Shown here one piece after another: positions 40,967 through 48,824 of a stretch of 64,000 bases of DNA (its first letter is position 1; each line of letters starts with the position of its first letter). Source of the stretch: Candidatus Hydrogenedentota bacterium. Its GTDB lineage: Bacteria > Hydrogenedentota > Hydrogenedentia > Hydrogenedentales > JAEUWI01. The stretch spans positions 111,821-175,820 of the forward strand of contig JAXMOL010000009.1 in NCBI GenBank assembly GCA_034669905.1. Reading direction: 5' to 3'. Both the position numbers and the translations under genes were made by a program. The notes beneath the pieces were generated by a model, which was given only the letters and a program-made list of their open reading frames with translations, was not told the origin of the DNA and made no database searches.

Positions 40967-41092
40967 ATGAAGCACATCAGGCAGATTTCCACCCCTAAGG
41001 CCGATGCGTTTATTGATTTCTACAACGCATTGTTTCGCGCGTGGATCGATTTTCGCAACGGGAAAAAAGACGAAGCACAGAGCGGCTTCTAG
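40967..41092 (+). CDS. Putative RiPP precursor peptide P5 (41 aa)
   Basis: GGAG RBS then ATG 40967 (the ORF track over-extends to 40814): MKHIRQISTPKADAFIDFYNALFRAWIDFRNGKKDEAQSGF. Confidence 0.75.
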   Translation: MKHIRQISTPKADAFIDFYNALFRAWIDFRNGKKDEAQSGF

Positions 41093-41156
41093 CTTTTCCA
41101 CCCATTATGCATGCAGTACCGGGGCCTGACGCCCAGCGCGCGGGCTCCGGTTCCTT

Positions 41157-41741
41157 GTGGACACCACATCGTCCCGGGTTATTTGGAGATTGGGCACAGC
41201 CGTGATTCGAGGGGACCATACCTTTATTCGGGGCACGGAGCAAGACGATGTGGAGGCCTTGTACCAGCTCTATATGCTGGGGGAGATCCGCGCCGGTCTG
41301 TTAGACGTGCGCCGTGAACCCCTGTTGCCCACACGGGATGACCTGCGTGACCTGCTGACGCGAAAAGAAATTGCCGACGGCACCTTTTATACCGTGGAAG
41401 ATCGGGAAGGATGTATCGTCGGATTTTGCAGTCTGCGCGGGCACAATGCCGAATCCGGATTTATCGAGTATATCCTGGAGTTCGCCGACACCGCGCACTA
41501 TGCAACGCCCCTGGCTGAAGAGGCCCACGCCTTTCTGTTGGAACGGGCATTCACGCGCCTTCGTGTGCGCAAGGTGCTGGCCCATGCGGTATCCGGTGAA
41601 ACAGCCCTGACAGGTTTCCTGGAGTCCGTCGGCTTTCAAAGCGCCGGTACGCAGCGTGACGTGGTCTTTGCGCAGGGTTGTTGGCACCATCTGGAGACGC
41701 TTGTGTTGCGTTCGGCAGATCTTGATCGAAGGGGGGACTGA
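41157..41741 (+). CDS. GNAT N-acyltransferase, RimJ/RimL-like (GNAT-1)
   Basis: FIRGTEQDD, IVGFCSL, LERAFTRLRVRKV, FLESVGFQSAGTQR. Start may be GTG 41202. Confidence 0.8.
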   Translation: MDTTSSRVIWRLGTAVIRGDHTFIRGTEQDDVEALYQLYMLGEIRAGLLDVRREPLLPTRDDLRDLLTRKEIADGTFYTVEDREGCIVGFCSLRGHNAESGFIEYILEFADTAHYATPLAEEAHAFLLERAFTRLRVRKVLAHAVSGETALTGFLESVGFQSAGTQRDVVFAQGCWHHLETLVLRSADLDRRGD

Positions 41742-41748
41742 GGCGACC

Positions 41749-42378
41749 ATGGCTCTGACGACCCAAACCTATATACGCCGTGCGGAGCGGGACGATCTGG
41801 ACTTGGTCGTCGCGTGGATGGAGCACGAAGATTTTCAGCGATTCCTCTACGGCGATCCCGCCCGATCCCCCAAGCAGGTGCGTGAGAAGATTGTGGCCAT
41901 GTTGGGGCGCGCGGTGGGGCACACCATGCCGGGCGGCATATACCTGCTGATTGATTCCCCGACCCTCGGCCCGCTGGGCCTGCTTTCGTTGCAGAATATC
42001 AGCTGGCGGAATCGTTCGTGCAGCATCGATCTTTATATTGGAAAAGCGGAACACCGGCGGGGCCTGATTGCGGCCAGCGCCATCTATCAGACCCTGGAAT
42101 ATTGTTTTCACGAGTTGAATCTGCACCGGGTTACCGCCTATATCTACGCCTTCAATACGGCTTCCTGGCGGATTCTCGAGAAGACCGGCGCCCGGCGCGA
42201 GTTGGTGCTCACCGAGCATGTGGCGCGGGATGGCGTGCTTCATGACCTGTATGGTTATGGCCTGCTACGGGCTGAATTCGACGCCTTTCGGGCCCACTAT
42301 GAGCGGACCGCCGAGGGTTTCTCCTTAAAGACCATGATTGAATCCCTGAGTGCGGCCGCACCGGAGTCGGGCGGGTGA
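41749..42378 (+). CDS. GNAT N-acyltransferase, RimJ/RimL/SpeG-like (GNAT-2)
   Basis: YIRRAERDD, LQNISWRNRSCSIDLYIG, FHELNLHRV, FNTASWRILEKTG. ATG 41749. Confidence 0.88.
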   Translation: MALTTQTYIRRAERDDLDLVVAWMEHEDFQRFLYGDPARSPKQVREKIVAMLGRAVGHTMPGGIYLLIDSPTLGPLGLLSLQNISWRNRSCSIDLYIGKAEHRRGLIAASAIYQTLEYCFHELNLHRVTAYIYAFNTASWRILEKTGARRELVLTEHVARDGVLHDLYGYGLLRAEFDAFRAHYERTAEGFSLKTMIESLSAAAPESGG

Positions 42379-43268
42379 ACCTGCTGATACTGGCGACACT
42401 CGCTGCCTATATGGTCCACGCCCTGTTTATTCACTGGCGTCAGGGGCCGGAAGAGGAAGGGGAGGACACCCACCTGCACCGCGGGATGCCCTTTCCGGTG
42501 ATGCCGGTTATGCTGTTCCTGTTCTGCCAGGTGATGGGGACCCCTGCGATTACCGAACGCCTGTTTCGCCTGGAATCCCTGGTGATTGGTGGGGGGCTGT
42601 TTCTGCTCTTGCTGTTCCGACAACTTCGGCGCAAGAGCGATGCGGAAGGCGCGATGAGTCTCAGCGCGCGTACTTCCTATTTGGTGGGGGGGCTCCTTCA
42701 GACCGCCCTTTTGGGCGTCGCGTGTTACATGGCGTACCAGGAAGATGCCCTGGGACGGAGCCTTTTCAGTCCCGGATGGGTTATACTAGGGGCGATTGTG
42801 GGTCACGGCGTTTTCGGTGTGTCGTTGTGTTTCAGCCATCGCTCCCTGGATTCGCTCATGGGGATAGTGCGCTATGTTATCGGCGTCCGTCCCTTGTTTC
42901 GTTTCGTGGCCAAGGCACCCCAGCAACTGTTTGCGTGTATTGATGTGAGCCTCATGGAAGAAATTATCTACCGTGTGGCCGTGCAGGGTGCCTTGATCGC
43001 GCTGCTTGGAAGCCCAGCCGCGGCGATAATTGTCGCCGCCCTGGTGTTCTCCATCGTACACCGTCACTTTTTTTACAATCACGTGGTGGACTCCATCGAG
43101 TTTCTGGCGTTTTCCCTCTTACTGGGAGCCGTCTACTACGTCACGGACAGCCTGGTGCTGGTGGTGATGATCCACACCGTGCGAAATTTTGAGATCGTAT
43201 ATTTTGACCACGCGGAGCGTCCGCTCGGGCGGAATACCGACACTCCCATCCCTGAAAAGGCGTCGTAA
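42375..43268 (+). CDS. CPBP (Abi/CAAX type II) intramembrane metalloprotease
   Basis: Multi-TM with EEIIYR, FSIVH and HTVRN motifs intact; GTGA overlap with GNAT-2. Confidence 0.88.
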   Translation: MNLLILATLAAYMVHALFIHWRQGPEEEGEDTHLHRGMPFPVMPVMLFLFCQVMGTPAITERLFRLESLVIGGGLFLLLLFRQLRRKSDAEGAMSLSARTSYLVGGLLQTALLGVACYMAYQEDALGRSLFSPGWVILGAIVGHGVFGVSLCFSHRSLDSLMGIVRYVIGVRPLFRFVAKAPQQLFACIDVSLMEEIIYRVAVQGALIALLGSPAAAIIVAALVFSIVHRHFFYNHVVDSIEFLAFSLLLGAVYYVTDSLVLVVMIHTVRNFEIVYFDHAERPLGRNTDTPIPEKAS

Positions 43269-43271
43269 TTC

Positions 43272-44297
43272 ATGACAGAATCAACAGGTCCGTTGATCGA
43301 GCTCTCTCGATTAAACAAAACCTTTACCCTGCGCAATTTCTTCTATAAAGACGAAGAAACGGGCAAGCGCCAGCTCTATCGAAAACGACTGGTCAAGGCC
43401 GTCCAGAATATTAACTTCACGATTGAGCGTGGCGAGATTTTCGGACTGCTCGGCCCCAACGGTGCCGGTAAGACGACCACTGTAAAAATGTTAAGCGGCC
43501 TGGTTCAGCCCGACGAGGGTATGGTCACCGTCGATGGCCTCGACGTCGAACGCCACCGCCAGAAAGTGCTGCGGAAAGTGGGGGTGGTGCTGGAAGGTAC
43601 CCGTACCAGCATCTGGCCTCTGACGCCCATGGAAAACCTCGCGTATTACGGGAACCTGAAGAACGTGAAGGGTTCGGTCCTTTCCGAGCGCTCCAATCGC
43701 CTCTTGGACTTTATTGGGCTCCAGGATAAGAAGCACGTGGAGGTTCGTCATCTGTCTCGCGGCCAGAAGCAAAAGCTCGCTATCTGCATCGCGTTGATCG
43801 GGGACCCCCAGGTGTTGCTCTTGGATGAACCCACGACGGGGCTGGACGTGCAGAGTGCCCGGGCCATCAAAGACAAGATTATCGAGATGACCCGCGAGTA
43901 TGGCAAGAGCGTCCTCGTAACGACCCACGACATGCACGTGGCGCAGGAATTGTGCGACCGCATTGGCATCATCGATAAGGGGCAATTGGTGGCCTGCAAA
44001 CCGACCCAGGAGTTGTTGGGCAATTTCTCCGATCAGGTCTATGTATTTCAGCTGGACCGCGCGCCGGATATTGCCGCATTAGAGCAGGTGCCGGGTGTCC
44101 TAACGGTGACGACGGAACTGACGACGGAAGGGCCTACGGCGGTCGTCAATCTCGAACCCGAGCCGGCCGCCCGATCGCGGGCACTCTATGCCGTGATGGA
44201 AGCACTGTCCCAGGGGAACTACGAGTTGCGAAGCATTGCGCAGCGCCAGCAAAACCTCGAGAGCGTGTTCCTCCAGCTGACCACGAGCACGATGTAG
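43272..44297 (+). CDS. ABC-2-type exporter ATP-binding protein
   Basis: GPNGAGKTT, LSRGQKQK, LLLDEPT, TTH. Confidence 0.95.
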   Translation: MTESTGPLIELSRLNKTFTLRNFFYKDEETGKRQLYRKRLVKAVQNINFTIERGEIFGLLGPNGAGKTTTVKMLSGLVQPDEGMVTVDGLDVERHRQKVLRKVGVVLEGTRTSIWPLTPMENLAYYGNLKNVKGSVLSERSNRLLDFIGLQDKKHVEVRHLSRGQKQKLAICIALIGDPQVLLLDEPTTGLDVQSARAIKDKIIEMTREYGKSVLVTTHDMHVAQELCDRIGIIDKGQLVACKPTQELLGNFSDQVYVFQLDRAPDIAALEQVPGVLTVTTELTTEGPTAVVNLEPEPAARSRALYAVMEALSQGNYELRSIAQRQQNLESVFLQLTTSTM

Positions 44298-44339
44298 CAC
44301 CCGAATCAAGATGAAAACCGAACAGGAGAACGAGAAAAC

Positions 44340-45179
44340 ATGAGTTTTCTTCTCGTTATGAAAGCAGAAATCGTGCGCACCCTGATCATCATGCGCCGCT
44401 ATTGGCTTCGCACGATTATGGGTATGGTCATGGGCTACGGTATGTTGATCGTACTCATCCTGGGCTTCATGCTCAGTCGGGAAGAGGTGACCAACTCCAT
44501 GAATGATCGCTTCGGCGATCCGGAAGCGGCCACCAATTTCGTCTTGGGCTTCATTATTGGTATGTTTGCCTTTGGTATTGTGGGCATGTTTACCCAGGGG
44601 CTCCAGGGAATGGCCGTCAGCGGCGTGTTGGAGCAGCTTTGCCTGAGTCCCCACGGATTGGTGACCAACTTTCTCGCCCGTAGCACTGTGGCCGCTATTA
44701 CGACCTGTTTCTCGTCGAGTCTCATGGTTTGGATGGTGACTGCGACCGTCGGGGGGACGCTGTTCTTCAACGGCCCCGCCTTGGCCCTGCTCCTCATATT
44801 GACCTTCATCAATCTCCTGGGCTTCGGCTTTATGATGGGCGGGCTGATTCTCGTGTTTAAACAAGTGGGGCAGGTGGCGATCCTGATCCGCATGGGGCTT
44901 TTTGCCCTGGCGATATTTGCCAAAGAGGAGTTGCTCGAGCAGGGCTGGGCGATGGCGACTCTCGTCCATTCGCTGCCCATCGCCGATGCGGCCATCCTGT
45001 TGAAGCACGTACTTATCAAGAACCAGGGGCTGGTGGATGGGAACTACGTTCCGATTTATCAGCATCCCTCCCTGTTCTTTCTCTTGCTCAGTTGTGCCGT
45101 TTGGACCACGCTGGGGATCACGTGCTTCAAGATGATGGAAAACTGGAGCCGTGCCAAGGGAACCCTGGGGACCTACTAA
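44340..45179 (+). CDS. ABC-2-type exporter permease
   Basis: About 6 TM helices, GVLEQLCLSP, C-terminal AKGTLGTY; follows the ATPase. Confidence 0.85.
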   Translation: MSFLLVMKAEIVRTLIIMRRYWLRTIMGMVMGYGMLIVLILGFMLSREEVTNSMNDRFGDPEAATNFVLGFIIGMFAFGIVGMFTQGLQGMAVSGVLEQLCLSPHGLVTNFLARSTVAAITTCFSSSLMVWMVTATVGGTLFFNGPALALLLILTFINLLGFGFMMGGLILVFKQVGQVAILIRMGLFALAIFAKEELLEQGWAMATLVHSLPIADAAILLKHVLIKNQGLVDGNYVPIYQHPSLFFLLLSCAVWTTLGITCFKMMENWSRAKGTLGTY

Positions 45180-47020
45180 TGGCGGCCTCGTCTCTCCATC
45201 GTATCGAACGGGATGACCGGTATTTCGTACTGGACACGGAGACGTGTTTCTGTTTTGAGTGCGATGGGATCTCCTGGGACGTGCTGGCTCACTATCCCCA
45301 TACGCCAACCAACCATATTGTTCATCTGCTGGAAGGAAAACACCCTGCCCCGGAGGTGGAGGAAGTGATTGGCGAGCTGGAGTGGCTTCGCTCTACCCGG
45401 TCTATACTGCCCGTCAAGAAACAGCAGGACCAGCTGAAAGCCTTCGAATTCACGCCGGGTCTCCGCTCCATGGAGGTCGTCCTGAGTGGCTCGGAAGCCA
45501 GGGATGCCGCATTGCGCGAGGGGGCCTTAACCCTGCTCTTCGCACGCTCGGGGGTGCAGCGAAACCTGGAAATCTGTCTTTGTCTGGATTCCCTTCAGGG
45601 CCAATCCGAGTGGCTGGAGGCCTGGGGGAAACATGCCTTTGACCTCGCGGCCATGGCGGACAAGGCGCTCACCATAACTATCGTGCACACCGCGCCGGAA
45701 CTCGGAAAAGGGGCCGTGCCCCTGAACCCGTCAGACGTGGCTCTGGCCTATTCGTTTCAAGAATATGACGGACTGAAAAGCACCCTCGCACAATGGAAGC
45801 AGGTGGTGAAGGCCACCGTCGCCAAACCCGTGAAAGCGCTGGATGGCGCGGCCGTATCGGTACGTTTTGCCCCCAGTCAGGTAGACTTCTGCGCAGGCAC
45901 CACGTTCCTGGCCGCCCAGGGATACGGACAAATTGACCTCGATCTGGTGCCCCTCTATCGCACGGAGGCTGCGGAAGCCGTGGTTGCGGCGTTGGACCGT
46001 GCGGCCCGCGCCTATGCGCAAGATTTGCTGAAGAACAAGCGCTATCGTCTGGAACCCATTGCCCGGCTCTTCCATCAGATTTATGAAGGCAAGGCCCGGG
46101 GACGTACCGATGATTCGGGGACCCATCGTATGGCGGTCGATCCGGAGGGCAATCTCTATCCCTCCCGTCACTTTATCGGGCAGTCCGACTTTTCTATGGG
46201 AAACCTTCACACCGGCACGTTTGACGAAAGCCGCCGCGCGCCCTTTGACGACCTGGGGGCGCTCACGACCGCGACCTGTGGGAACTGCTGGGCCCGCAAT
46301 ATGTGCGGCGGTGGCCAGAGTGCGGTGCATCAGGCACGAAGCGGTGCGATTCGCCAACCCGATCCAGACTGGTGCGACGCTCAGCGGGAATGGTATGGCG
46401 CGGCCATAGCCGCCTTCAATCTTCTTTCGGCCGAGGGTGTCGACTTCGCCCGACTCTACCAGGGCATGCGCCCCGGGAAGCGTCCCTCACTCTGGGGGAT
46501 GGCACGGGCCGCGTTGACGATGAAGGTGGGATTGCGCCCTATCGAGGAGGCCGATGCTGCGCTCCTGACCCGGTGGGAGAACTGGAGCGAAGCGACCTAT
46601 TTCCTGGGCAATGAATATGGGGTCTTTCTGGCCACCCGCTATGACCGGGAGATGGATTCTCTCCATCCCCGCGGCGTTGAGCAAGAGTTTGTAATTATAT
46701 CGCGGCAGGGCGCGCCCCTGGGTTTGCTCAAGCTGCGCCCTGATCACCTGCCCGGCGTGGCCCGCATCTGGGTCTTCCTGGCAGATAGGGCGGGCTATGA
46801 AGACCGTGGTATCCGTCGCAGTTTTACCCACCTGCTGGGGGAAGCGGCGAAGCAGGGTGCCTTTAAATCACTGATAGCGGCCTCCGGACCCGGCGATGGT
46901 GCACTAAGCGACTTTTTCCGCGCCATTGGATTCTCCGTCATCGGCGTGGAGCGGGAAGCCCTGTTTCTTCACGATGCCTACCACGACATCACCCTGCACC
47001 AGCTCAAGCTCGACGCCTGA
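45179..47020 (+). CDS. RRE-like / degenerate radical SAM / SPASM / GNAT fusion protein (613 aa)
   Basis: TAATG-coupled start. N-terminus resembles that of SCIFF maturases. No CxxxCxxC. SPASM-like AVDPEGNLYPS...MGNL...CGNCWARNMCGGGQ-x18-C. C-terminal GLRPIEEAD...FFRAIGFSVIGVERE GNAT. Confidence 0.8.
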   Translation: MAASSLHRIERDDRYFVLDTETCFCFECDGISWDVLAHYPHTPTNHIVHLLEGKHPAPEVEEVIGELEWLRSTRSILPVKKQQDQLKAFEFTPGLRSMEVVLSGSEARDAALREGALTLLFARSGVQRNLEICLCLDSLQGQSEWLEAWGKHAFDLAAMADKALTITIVHTAPELGKGAVPLNPSDVALAYSFQEYDGLKSTLAQWKQVVKATVAKPVKALDGAAVSVRFAPSQVDFCAGTTFLAAQGYGQIDLDLVPLYRTEAAEAVVAALDRAARAYAQDLLKNKRYRLEPIARLFHQIYEGKARGRTDDSGTHRMAVDPEGNLYPSRHFIGQSDFSMGNLHTGTFDESRRAPFDDLGALTTATCGNCWARNMCGGGQSAVHQARSGAIRQPDPDWCDAQREWYGAAIAAFNLLSAEGVDFARLYQGMRPGKRPSLWGMARAALTMKVGLRPIEEADAALLTRWENWSEATYFLGNEYGVFLATRYDREMDSLHPRGVEQEFVIISRQGAPLGLLKLRPDHLPGVARIWVFLADRAGYEDRGIRRSFTHLLGEAAKQGAFKSLIAASGPGDGALSDFFRAIGFSVIGVEREALFLHDAYHDITLHQLKLDA

Positions 47021-47175
47021 ATCCATCACCGGCACCCCAAGGGTCTTCTCTGTAACGCGCCATCTTCCATGGAGCGTCGGCGGCCCGCCGGCCAGGAACT
47101 TGCCTCCCACCGTCCGAGCCCCGGCACGGCGGAAAATTCACCTGCGTGCTCAACGACCTGCGTCCCCATTCCCGG

Positions 47176-48651
47176 CTACTCACACCAGAGGGCGTAGAGC
47201 TGTCCGTTCTTCAGCGAAATCCGGAGTTGAACCGGTCCCGGCTCCGCAGCAAGTGGCGCTTCCCAAACCACGGGAACAGCAAGACCATCTTCCGCAATAG
47301 GCTTGGAGGTGGCCCGTACGTCGCCTGAGAGGTCCAGGGCTTCGACCGTCGCTTCACCCCAGTCGGCCCGCAGGTTAAGAAAGACCGTCTTTCCCTGTAG
47401 CTGGAGCGGGCGTGTCAGGAGGGTACCACCTTCGTAGTTCGCTTCCAGAGCCACAAAGCGATCACGCTGTATCGTGGCAAAGCCGATGCCGCCGACCTTG
47501 GGCCCGCTGTCGGTGCCTTCATAGGGGCTGTGGCGGTATCGACGGTCACTGTAATAAAATCGTAGCTCGTCGCCGTCTTCGATAGGCGGATTGTTGGCTA
47601 CTGCCGTGTTGAAGCGGTCCCAATCGCCCACGCCGCCATTGGCGATGAAGGGCGTGCGGTCCCCAACCCGATTGAACTGTGCCCCATCACGGCTCACGGC
47701 CAGTTGAATATCAAGGAATACATTCTCCGGACGATTCTCAAACCGTTGCACCAGTCCGATGAACACGTCGCCGTACTTGAAGACGCCCATCCCATAGACT
47801 TCCGTGGCCACCGCATCGTCCAGGTCAGCACCCATGACGATGGGAGCCGTGTTCGGGCGGGTGTGCTTCCAGTTCAGAAAATCCGTAGAGGTGGTGTGGG
47901 CGACGACCCGGCCCCAGAAATGCTTCTTATACCAGGGGTCTTCGCCCCAGGCATTTTCCAGCGCTTCCGGAATCCGTTTGCTGCGGCCATAGAGGTGATA
48001 AAGCCCGGCTTCGGGATCGTAGGTCCAGTGGCTGGAGCCGTCGACAATGGCATCGGTGGCGAAGGAATTCACATTGGTCCAGTGGATGCCATCGGGACTG
48101 ACCGCCACACCCAAACCGCGGCGGGAACCGGGGTGAAAGATATCCATGTCGGGCCCTTCATAGGGCCGTTGGATGCTGAGGTAACCCATCTTATAGCGGC
48201 GCTGCGGGTCGGGGTCCCGGTCATCCCGAAAGACGCCGAAGAGCTCATAGAAGTGGGGGAAAGGTTTCTTGCCGTCGACCGTGCCCTCCAGGTGGACCAC
48301 AATATTGGAAGGCTTCCCCTCCCAGGGATATTGCTCCATGAGTGGTCGATTCCAGGTGATGCCATCGGTGCTTTCGGCATAACACACGCCCCGTGGCATG
48401 TAATACCACATGCGGTAGGTATCGCCTTCCTTGATGACCGAGCCATAGAGTAGGGGGCGCCCCTGTTCCCAGGGATGGGCTCCCCACAACACCGGATTCG
48501 CTTCACTCTTCTCCGCCCGCATGATGCGTCGGGTAAAGCCCTGCTGCTCGGTGATGAGGTGGTCATCCAAAAAGAGCTGGTGTGTCTCGTTCAGGGCAAT
48601 GGGCTCGGGTGCGCTGACCAGAAGGGCCAGGGCGAAGAGTATGGGGGGCAT
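47176..48651 (-). CDS. Secreted five-bladed beta-propeller glycoside-hydrolase-like protein (paralogue of 22311-23864)
   Basis: Signal peptide MPPILFALALL; QLFLDD, YGSVIKEGDTYRMWY, CYAESTDGITW, DPDPQRRYKM, RDRF. Confidence 0.6.
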   Translation of the reverse strand: MPPILFALALLVSAPEPIALNETHQLFLDDHLITEQQGFTRRIMRAEKSEANPVLWGAHPWEQGRPLLYGSVIKEGDTYRMWYYMPRGVCYAESTDGITWNRPLMEQYPWEGKPSNIVVHLEGTVDGKKPFPHFYELFGVFRDDRDPDPQRRYKMGYLSIQRPYEGPDMDIFHPGSRRGLGVAVSPDGIHWTNVNSFATDAIVDGSSHWTYDPEAGLYHLYGRSKRIPEALENAWGEDPWYKKHFWGRVVAHTTSTDFLNWKHTRPNTAPIVMGADLDDAVATEVYGMGVFKYGDVFIGLVQRFENRPENVFLDIQLAVSRDGAQFNRVGDRTPFIANGGVGDWDRFNTAVANNPPIEDGDELRFYYSDRRYRHSPYEGTDSGPKVGGIGFATIQRDRFVALEANYEGGTLLTRPLQLQGKTVFLNLRADWGEATVEALDLSGDVRATSKPIAEDGLAVPVVWEAPLAAEPGPVQLRISLKNGQLYALWCE

Positions 48652-48824
48652 GGGGATTCTCCAGTGGTTGAAAGCGAGCCCCAGTGTAGGTAATGGATTC
48701 GAGAAAGTGCAAGGGGAGAAAAATGGGGCGTGTCGTGTAGACTGAAAGAGAGGCCCTGTTTGATATCGTCGCCAATGAGACAATGGTAGGCAGGGGCAAG
48801 CGCGTAAAGGAGGGTGAAGCAGTC

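Noticed and set aside
39827..41101. Minus-strand ORFs 39827-40459, 40272-40556 and 40685-41101
   Set aside because: No recognisable motifs; they are antisense shadows of the RBS-supported plus-strand peptide array.
39980..47020. Calling the cluster a ranthipeptide/SCIFF or sactipeptide locus
   Set aside because: The maturase lacks CxxxCxxC, and the cores have 0-2 Cys (only P3 has core Cys), so radical thioether crosslinking is unsupported.
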